From Bacteroidota bacterium (GTDB lineage Bacteria > Bacteroidota > Bacteroidia > JABEUT01), in contig JABCZW010000002.1 in NCBI GenBank assembly GCA_013289475.1, positions 12,265 through 76,264 on the forward strand: 64,000 nt of DNA, read 5' to 3'. The position numbers were made by a program, and so were the translations under genes. The notes beneath the pieces were generated by a model. It was not told the origin of the DNA. It saw only the letters and a program-made list of their open reading frames with translations, and ran no database searches. This document shows, piece after piece, positions 57,061 to 64,000 of the stretch (position 1 is its first letter; every line of letters starts with the position of its first letter).

Positions 57061-59406
57061 TTAAATAGCTTTGATTTTCTTACGGTCTTTCTTGTATTCC
57101 TCCCTGGGCGCTTCGTCATTCAACTCTCCAATATCCTTGTATGCCTTTAGGAGGAAGTCCGGGAGTTCTCCTTTATAATCTATCTTGTAGAATGAAAACC
57201 CGTTGTATGGAATTGTGTTCTGTGCCGTTTTAAATACTATTTGATGACCAATTCCTTTGCTCTTAAAATAAGCAGTAAAAGCATCCTTTCTTGCTTCACC
57301 AAGCTGCCGGAATCTTGAGTTGATAAGGGCGCTACCAACCAAACTGGTGCATTTGTCCTGTATGGTAAACAGCAAGCCATTAGTAACATACTTGTTTAGA
57401 TACTTTATGAATAAAGTATCCCGTATAGACATTTTATCCACCTTTTCGGAATCGCTTTCAGAAAATGTTTTAGCAGTTTCCTGGTTAGCTTGCAAATAGT
57501 ATTTCTTCTTGCTTTCGAAGAACAAAATGTATTCTTTCTCTTTTACGGCAAATTGTTCAGGGTAAACGGAGATAGAAGCTTCAGGGTTTTTGGTTAAGTA
57601 CTCTGCTAATTTTTTGAGGAATCTTTTCTGGCTATGAGGCATAGAACTTTCCCGCATAGCCCATTTCATTGTCAGCGATTTCTCGATAGTGTTTTCTTTG
57701 GTTTTTACCGCGACGCCGTATGCAGTGGTGGGTGGTTTTGTAAATATGTTATTGAGGGTGCTGAAAAGAACATCATGTAAATGGAATTTAGGGTTTTTCA
57801 AGCTGCCTGTAATAGGAACAGTATAGTCTATAACATTGCTTCGTTCTCTTATAAATGCCATAACCAGCCATACTGGAATCCAACGGTCGGCTTTGTTTTT
57901 TACGCGTTTTGCTACCCTCGGGTCAATTATCAATAAGTGGTTTTCACTTTGAATAAGCCCTTTTCTTACCCTCCAAATCCCATCGAATTCTATTGTGCCC
58001 CTGTCTAATGGAAAAGATGTATATGTAACCAGGTAAGGATTAAACATAGATATAGGAATTTTGCCAAAGTGGAGATTCACATCAAAATCCTGGCTATCTC
58101 TGGGATTAATGCTGGCTTTCAGGCTAGCCTCACCGTAAGGGCTAATTCCTGATTTCATGGAAAAATTTATTCTTCCTTTGACTTGGTTTACTGAATCAGC
58201 AGTGAAAGATAGTGGATTGGCACCTATAGAGAATTTTTCGTTTTTTGAATAATCATTGAATTGTATGTTGCCCTGGTTTATTGCCATTTTATTAATGGTA
58301 TAAGCACTTTGAAAGAAATTTTTTGAGATGTTTATCAAATAATGAGCTAATTCAAGTACTAGGTTGTATTGTGTAGCATCGGCATCCGTAATGGTAACAT
58401 TGGCACCTTTCTCACCAAACATGGTTTCAATATTATCTAAGCGGTCATATTTTTCATATTTGAAATAGGGATGTGTAAGGGTTACCGAATCAAGATGATA
58501 TATGTGTTGTTTTGGGTTTACTTCATTAATGGTCATTATAAATTTGTCAAACGAGGCATAATCATCAGAAGCAGTTTTTCCAAAATGAAAATCGTTAATT
58601 GCAAACCGGCCTTTAGTATCCTGATTTTCTTCATCGCTAAAATTTCCTGTGGTTTTTAAGTCAGCATCTAAATTGGCTGAAAAGGTCCCGTAATTTATCA
58701 TTTGTTGAAGGTATTGCTGCACAATGGCCAGGTTAAACCGGTTAGCAACAATTGCATACTTATAATCGAGTGTTTTTATGTTAATATTGAAATTGGCTTT
58801 CATATCACCGGTACCTATTCCTGCCGAAAAGGAAAATTTCCCTATAATAGTATCATTATTCCACCGTTTGCCTGAACTTTCGAAACTTACGTTTTTTATA
58901 AAGTAATTTATATTTATCAGTGTGTCATGGAAATAGAATATCCCATCATTAATCTTAATATTTAAAATATTAAAATGAAGCGGCGGACTAATTGTATCTT
59001 GTGGTGAAGGTGAAAACCGGGTTATAAGGTCGGTAAAGTTGAAGTCATTTCGCTTATTCAAAATAATTATACCCTTTGGATTATCCAATACAAGCTCCGA
59101 TATCTCATAGGTTTTTGAAAGCATTTTGCGTAAGGCAAAACTTATGCTTAGGCCATCTGCTGAAAAGAAAACACTATCGTTATTTGCTTCATATATTCTC
59201 AGGTTGCTGAAATGAACGTAACCTGTAAATGGATTTACATAGGCCCTGTCCATTTTAATTTGCCTTCCTGTGTACTTAACGCTATATTTTTCAACCAGGT
59301 ACTTGGTAATAGGAGAAATGAAAATAATAATAAGCACAGGTATAATAATCAATATACCTACTGTTATAAGTAACCTTTTTCTAAACTTTCCTGGTTTTGA
59401 TTTCAT
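57061..59406 (-). CDS. DUF748 / AsmA-like membrane-anchored protein
   Basis: 781-aa ORF. N-terminal anchor LLITVGILIIIPVLIIIFI followed by ITKYLVEKYSVKYTGRQIKMDRAYVNPFTGYVHFSNLRIYE, typical of DUF748/AsmA-type N-termini (from memory). It is the last gene of the Mla-like operon. Confidence 0.5.
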   Translation of the reverse strand: MKSKPGKFRKRLLITVGILIIIPVLIIIFISPITKYLVEKYSVKYTGRQIKMDRAYVNPFTGYVHFSNLRIYEANNDSVFFSADGLSISFALRKMLSKTYEISELVLDNPKGIIILNKRNDFNFTDLITRFSPSPQDTISPPLHFNILNIKINDGIFYFHDTLININYFIKNVSFESSGKRWNNDTIIGKFSFSAGIGTGDMKANFNINIKTLDYKYAIVANRFNLAIVQQYLQQMINYGTFSANLDADLKTTGNFSDEENQDTKGRFAINDFHFGKTASDDYASFDKFIMTINEVNPKQHIYHLDSVTLTHPYFKYEKYDRLDNIETMFGEKGANVTITDADATQYNLVLELAHYLINISKNFFQSAYTINKMAINQGNIQFNDYSKNEKFSIGANPLSFTADSVNQVKGRINFSMKSGISPYGEASLKASINPRDSQDFDVNLHFGKIPISMFNPYLVTYTSFPLDRGTIEFDGIWRVRKGLIQSENHLLIIDPRVAKRVKNKADRWIPVWLVMAFIRERSNVIDYTVPITGSLKNPKFHLHDVLFSTLNNIFTKPPTTAYGVAVKTKENTIEKSLTMKWAMRESSMPHSQKRFLKKLAEYLTKNPEASISVYPEQFAVKEKEYILFFESKKKYYLQANQETAKTFSESDSEKVDKMSIRDTLFIKYLNKYVTNGLLFTIQDKCTSLVGSALINSRFRQLGEARKDAFTAYFKSKGIGHQIVFKTAQNTIPYNGFSFYKIDYKGELPDFLLKAYKDIGELNDEAPREEYKKDRKKIKAI

Positions 59407-59444
59407 ACTAAAATATGCCTGTTAATGGATAATGTAGGAACTTC

Positions 59445-60143
59445 TTATTTTCGTTCTTTTTTAGCCTTGTCTTTCTCTTTTTCATTCTTCTTAATATAGC
59501 CTCTTAAGAGAAAATTATGCCCTGCCGCATCCATGTTTTGTTTAAAGCCACCGGCTCCCTGTTTAATATTTATCATAGCCTGGTATACATTTTGAGCCAA
59601 CACGCTATCCATAATTAATTTGCCTATAGTCCCTTTGCCTTCGCTTACATTTTGAGTAATAATGGAAAGATTACCGGTGATAGAGGCTAAATTATTGCTG
59701 GTTGTTTTTACACTCAGTAAAATCTCATCAATGTTTACCGGTTGAGTTGTTTCAATAATATCATTATTTGATAATTCAGGCATGCCGGGTGAACCGGGAA
59801 GGATGGATATTATTTTATTGCCGATAAATCCATCTGAGCCAACTATGGCTTTTGCATTTTTCTTCATGAATTTTCTTGCGCGCTCATCAACCATCATATC
59901 TACCTTTACTGTCGAATCGGTAATTTGTTGAATGTTTTGGACGATACCGACATTTATGCCTGAGAAACGTACATTATTGCCGACCTGCAGGCCGCTTATA
60001 TCTTTAAACACTCCGCTTACCTGGAACGTGGTGCTGAATAACTGTTGCCTTTGGCCTATAGAGTATATGGCTGCAATAAAGAATGCTATGCTTGCTGTAA
60101 CAATTATTCCAAGCTTTATTTTATTTCCTGCTGTTTTTTTCAT
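59445..60143 (-). CDS. MlaD/MCE-family substrate-binding protein
   Basis: Start moved to MKKTAGNKIKLGIIVTASIAFFIAAIY (ATG at 60143), because the longer ORF would overlap the upstream ATPase gene. MCE core FKDISGLQVGNNVRFSGINVGIV. Confidence 0.8.
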   Translation of the reverse strand: MKKTAGNKIKLGIIVTASIAFFIAAIYSIGQRQQLFSTTFQVSGVFKDISGLQVGNNVRFSGINVGIVQNIQQITDSTVKVDMMVDERARKFMKKNAKAIVGSDGFIGNKIISILPGSPGMPELSNNDIIETTQPVNIDEILLSVKTTSNNLASITGNLSIITQNVSEGKGTIGKLIMDSVLAQNVYQAMINIKQGAGGFKQNMDAAGHNFLLRGYIKKNEKEKDKAKKERK

Positions 60144-60156
60144 GATTAATTTTATA

Positions 60157-60885
60157 TTATTTAAAGAATGAGCGTACCCATTCATCTGTTGATTCTGCCA
60201 ATTCTTTAAAAGTGCCTTCGGCAATTGCTGTGCCATTTTTTATTATTATCATTCGGTTTGAAGTAATGCGGGCGCATTCTACATCGTGCGTAATTATAAT
60301 AGAGGCCGTGTTATATTTTTTCTGGATATCTAATATTAAATGGCTTATTTCTTTCGATGTAATAGGGTCTAAGCCCGTAGTTGGTTCATCATAGAGTATT
60401 AATTCCGGTTTCAATATTAATGTGCGCGCCAGGCCAACCCGTTTTCTCATTCCGCCCGAAAGCTCCGATGGCATTTTATCAATGGCATCCGCCAGCCCGA
60501 CATTTGTTAGTGCTTCAATAATCAATGCATCTGTTTCTTCATTCGTTTTTGGCTTTAGGTCGCGTAGCGGAAATTCAAGATTTTCCCTTACAGTCATAGA
60601 GTCGTATAAGGCAGCACTTTGAAAGAGGAACCCGACTTTTTTCCGTACAAGGTTTAATTCCCTTTCTTTTAATTCGCTGACGTTTTCTCCAAATAATATG
60701 GCGGTTCCTTCATCTGGTTCAAGTAATCCTACAAGGCATTTTATAAGTACAGATTTGCCGCTACCCGATTTACCAAATACAACAAGGTTTTCCCCGCTCT
60801 CAACCTTTAAATTCAAACCGGCTAACACATTATTACTGCCAAATGATTTCTTAATATCTTTTATTTCCGCTACTGTAGTTCCCAT
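60157..60885 (-). CDS. ABC transporter ATP-binding protein (MlaF-like)
   Basis: 242-aa ORF. Walker A GKSGSGKS, signature LSGGMRKRV, Walker B LILYDEPTTGLD, H-loop ITHD. Confidence 0.88.
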   Translation of the reverse strand: MGTTVAEIKDIKKSFGSNNVLAGLNLKVESGENLVVFGKSGSGKSVLIKCLVGLLEPDEGTAILFGENVSELKERELNLVRKKVGFLFQSAALYDSMTVRENLEFPLRDLKPKTNEETDALIIEALTNVGLADAIDKMPSELSGGMRKRVGLARTLILKPELILYDEPTTGLDPITSKEISHLILDIQKKYNTASIIITHDVECARITSNRMIIIKNGTAIAEGTFKELAESTDEWVRSFFK

Positions 60886-60891
60886 ACCCGG

Positions 60892-61707
60892 TTAAATAAA
60901 AAAGCTTGTTATTTGAACTGCCATCATATCAAGCACAAATATTGAAATTGACCCATATACAAAAGATTGATTAGCAGCTTTCCCGACTCCTTCAGTACCA
61001 TGGGCAGAATTGTAACCATAATAGCATCCTATAAGGCCAACTGCAAAACCAAAGAATATTGTTTTTATAAAGGCAGGAAATATATCGGTAAAAGCTAAGG
61101 CTTGGAAAACTTGCGAAAAGTAAAGGTGAAGACTTATGTCGCCCTTTAAATTAACGGCCAAAAAACCACCATAAAGTGAAATGGCATCGGATAATATTAC
61201 CAAAACAGGTAACATAATAGTAGCGGCAATAATTCTTGTAACCACTATATATTTAAAAGGATTAATGCCTGAAACTTCCATTGCATCTATCTGCTCTGTC
61301 ACTTTCATGGAAGCAAGTTCCGCAGCAATGCCCGAACCTACTTTACCGGCAAATATTAAAGCGGCAATAGCCGGCCCCATTTCTCTTATTATTGATACCG
61401 AGACCATGGCAGGCAACCACGATTCCGCCCCGAAGGAGGCAAGTGTTGGCCTTGATTGTATGATTAAAACAATACCCATTATAAAACCGGTAACTGCTAT
61501 TAAGGGTAATGATTTGTACCCCAAAAGATACGATTGCCTGATCAGCTCTTTAAGCTCATACCTGGGCATGAATAATTCTTTGAAAAACCGGAATGCGAAA
61601 CGTGTAATTGCGGTAACTTCTTCAAAAAAAGCTTTGACCGGCTTCAAAAAATATGCGCTTGAAGAAACAGCTACTGTTTCACTTTTATTTTCTAAACCGG
61701 TTGGCAT
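60892..61707 (-). CDS. MlaE-family ABC transporter permease
   Basis: 271-aa ORF. LIRQSYLLGYKSLPLIAVTGFIMGIVL, REMGPAIAALIFAGKVGS, EQIDAMEVSGINP are typical MlaE/YrbE strings. Confidence 0.85.
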   Translation of the reverse strand: MPTGLENKSETVAVSSSAYFLKPVKAFFEEVTAITRFAFRFFKELFMPRYELKELIRQSYLLGYKSLPLIAVTGFIMGIVLIIQSRPTLASFGAESWLPAMVSVSIIREMGPAIAALIFAGKVGSGIAAELASMKVTEQIDAMEVSGINPFKYIVVTRIIAATIMLPVLVILSDAISLYGGFLAVNLKGDISLHLYFSQVFQALAFTDIFPAFIKTIFFGFAVGLIGCYYGYNSAHGTEGVGKAANQSFVYGSISIFVLDMMAVQITSFFI

Positions 61708-61960
61708 TTCAAAACATTTAATTTGTCCAGGCTGTAAAAGTGGCGGTATCGGGCTTTTTAGTTGTTACATGTTTTCAAGGAAACCTTACATGTTTTACAT
61801 TTCAATTCTCATTAAGTAATGTTGCGGTGTAATAATACCCGAATGTATTGCATAAGATTACTTGGGCCTGAATTATTACTTGAGTAGCGAGAAATTAATT
61901 ATTGAAAAAGATAAAAACTTCTTTAAATAATTTAAATATATAATGCAACAAATAATGAAA

Positions 61961-62029
61961 CTATTTTCTACGTATTTCTACGTATTTTTTTGCTGTATTT
62001 CTACGTATTTTTACGTAGAAGCAAAATAG
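61961..62029. promoter_or_regulatory. Operator-like cluster of four TCTACGTA/TACGTAGA motifs within an imperfect larger palindrome
   Basis: TCTACGTA at 61967, 61977 and 62000, and inverted TACGTAGA at 62012. The outer arms are ctattttctacgta (61961-61974) and tacgtagaagcaaaatag (62012-62029). It lies in the divergent region between mlaE (-) and the 62224 gene (+). Confidence 0.4.
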
Positions 62030-62223
62030 CTCAATAATATTTTTTTGTTTTTTTATGCTCGTTTTTTATTACCATATGTTTATTGATTATCAGATACATA
62101 TATGTGCTATGGCTCTCTTCTAAATCATATAGATTTTGGCTAAAAGCCAAACATCTTGTATCTTTTAATCTAAACTTCCGTAAATGGTTCTTAGATATAC
62201 CTCATATTTGCTAAAATCTTGCT

Positions 62224-64000
62224 ATGAAGAAATTTTACACGCTGTTTATTTTGCTTTGTTCTCTGTTTTTAACGGAGAATGTTTTGGGGGCAAAGGTTTT
62301 TAACATAACCTCTGAAAGTTCGTTTAGCGGGAGTGGAATTTATTGTCAGGGAGCGATTGCAAACAAATTAACTGCAGTTTTCAACACATGTAATTCAGGT
62401 GGCGGTTTTAACACTGCAACTAATGTTACCATTACCTGGTATTCAAATACCACTAATTCAACAACAATTGCAGGTGCCACAATACAATCGGGCCCTACAG
62501 TCGTAAGCACTGGTACTTCCGGTACAAATTTAGTTACTTATACATTTACACCTTCAACAGCAGCAATAGGAACTTTATATTATTTTGCGGTTCTGTCATC
62601 ACCTACCAGTACTGTATGCGGCTTTACAAGTACTTTAACAACCAGTGCAGCGATGGAGGTTGTCGTTACTACAGCCATGACTTATGGTTCAAGTGCCGTA
62701 TCTCAATATTCACCAATGAATTCGCCGCTTAATTGTACTGATGTTACCAACCCAATATTAGTATTTACGGTTAGCGTTACTGGAGGTTGCACCCCGGACA
62801 GTATAACTCAGTTTAATTTTACAACAGCAGGTTCTACAAATGCCGGTGATATTACCAAAGCGCGTTTGTATTACACACATCAAACAGCAGGATATAATGC
62901 TTTTTACTTTTTTGGTTCAGTTAATAATCCCAGTGGGGCATTTACCATTAATGGGGCACAAGCGCTCCTGGATGGATCTGGCACGTATTATTTTTACTTG
63001 TGTTATGATATTTCGTCAGCGGCCCCCAGTGCCGATGTTGTAGATGCTACTTTGAGTTCTTTTGTTTTTAGTGGCGTTACAGAAAATAATATGTCACCTA
63101 ACCCAACTTGTACAGGTACAGTTGGTAGCGGTACCTGTAGTAAAACACCAGATTTGGCAGGTCAAACTTCAAATATTCAAACTATTTCGGCAGGCTCCTA
63201 TATAATACCAATGGATAATTCACACCAGGATCTGTGGATGGGAAGACCGTTTAATACTAAAGCTTACGGATTAGTGCGTGCATTGCTTATGCAGGATATA
63301 CCGGTTAAATGGGTTATAAAAACCGGCAAAACAAAAGATAGCTCTGATTTTGTAGCCTCAGTTTCCAGGGTATATCCTACCGTAACAGGAACAACTAATG
63401 AATATTTTAAGTCAGGTGAGTTTATAGTTGATCCTGCTTATTTGAATACATCTGTTTATCCCGGTGAAAAAACGGCTATACAAGTTATGTCGGCATTTGC
63501 AACAGAATGGGATGTTGCAGTCTATCAATTAAATACTGCTGTAACAGCCGATGTGAGATATACGCTTAGCCATAGGCCTAAAATTGCATTGTTCAATAAT
63601 GGAGGGTTCCAGGCGGTTCAGTTGGCGATGTTAGATTCAGCAAAAGTATGGACTACCGGTACCGATACTGCGTTAAGTGCCGGTGCTTTTGACGGACTTG
63701 CATCTTGTTTTACATTTTGTTCCGAAGCACACTGGTCGACGGGGTCACAGTCAGCCGATAGTGCCACTATGGCTCCTGTATGGCAATTTGTAGAAGAAGG
63801 TGGAAATTTCTTGGCGCAATGTGCCGGTATTGAAAAATATGAGAACGAGATGCAGATTAACAGGCATTTTCAATCTAGCCGGGGAGTTACTGACCAAAAT
63901 GTAACTAAAGCCAATACCTATCATAATCCCGATATGGCATTCTCTCAATTTCAGGGAACAATAACTTCAAGAAGTGGTACGGTAGCAAGTTTTGAACTTC
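62224..64000 (+). CDS. Large surface protein, 5' part only (open to the window end): signal peptide, Ig/BNR-neuraminidase-N-terminal-like domains, then a GATase1-like domain related to the gene at 157-1428
   Basis: Not in the ORF track because no stop occurs. My translation from the ATG at 62224 stays open for 592 codons. MKKFYTLFILLCSLFLTENVLG. GDITKARLYYTHQ...YYFYLCYDIS. SYIIPMDNSHQD...KAYGLVRALLMQDIPVKWVI, RPKIALFNNGG, FVEEGGNFLAQCAG. Confidence 0.7.
   Translation, partial: MKKFYTLFILLCSLFLTENVLGAKVFNITSESSFSGSGIYCQGAIANKLTAVFNTCNSGGGFNTATNVTITWYSNTTNSTTIAGATIQSGPTVVSTGTSGTNLVTYTFTPSTAAIGTLYYFAVLSSPTSTVCGFTSTLTTSAAMEVVVTTAMTYGSSAVSQYSPMNSPLNCTDVTNPILVFTVSVTGGCTPDSITQFNFTTAGSTNAGDITKARLYYTHQTAGYNAFYFFGSVNNPSGAFTINGAQALLDGSGTYYFYLCYDISSAAPSADVVDATLSSFVFSGVTENNMSPNPTCTGTVGSGTCSKTPDLAGQTSNIQTISAGSYIIPMDNSHQDLWMGRPFNTKAYGLVRALLMQDIPVKWVIKTGKTKDSSDFVASVSRVYPTVTGTTNEYFKSGEFIVDPAYLNTSVYPGEKTAIQVMSAFATEWDVAVYQLNTAVTADVRYTLSHRPKIALFNNGGFQAVQLAMLDSAKVWTTGTDTALSAGAFDGLASCFTFCSEAHWSTGSQSADSATMAPVWQFVEEGGNFLAQCAGIEKYENEMQINRHFQSSRGVTDQNVTKANTYHNPDMAFSQFQGTITSRSGTVASFEL

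Noticed and set aside
62840-63948. Small ORFs at 62840-63043 (+) and 63751-63948 (-).
   Set aside because: Both fall inside the long open frame that starts at 62224 and continues past the window end.

Overview
This is a 64-kb chromosomal window from an AT-rich Bacteroidota genome, probably Chitinophagia/Sphingobacteriia-like. The lineage call rests on many T9SS C-terminal sorting domains, a PorP/SprF gene, SprB repeats, Gloeo_Verruco (GloVer) repeat proteins and TAnnTTTG -7 promoter boxes. All calls come from reading the ORF translations and the DNA by eye; no searches were run.

Layout:
- 0-18 kb is mostly housekeeping: dnaB, OPT and POT peptide transporters, rsmA, a SiaB/SiaC-like partner-switch pair, metG and tRNA-Arg(CCT). 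One intergenic region (12.5-12.9 kb) is packed with nested palindromic repeats.
- 18.0-41.5 kb is bounded by the tRNA-Arg gene and a perfect 22-nt copy of its 3' end, so it may be a fossil integrated island with no integrase visible. It carries a phosphoesterase/TonB-receptor cluster. It also carries a T9SS adhesin locus whose three proteins share an N-terminal module of about 250 aa that I cannot name (four copies). At its right end is a tight five-gene cluster: M19 dipeptidase, metallophosphoesterase, multi-pass membrane protein, SH3-tailed MurNAc-L-Ala amidase and a small unknown protein.
- 41.8-50.1 kb holds two giant tandem GloVer-repeat T9SS paralogs and a decayed third copy.
- 50.2-64 kb holds an ATP-grasp-SET fusion and a third GloVer protein. 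It also holds an orphan LytTR regulator followed by three 21-bp-phased direct repeats and a two-gene unit of unknown function. The rest is an AI-2E transporter pseudogene, an MlaEFD-like operon with a DUF748/AsmA-like gene, a TACGTA-repeat operator-like region, and a partial large surface-protein gene that runs off the window.

I recognised no rRNA, CRISPR array, transposase or integrase.
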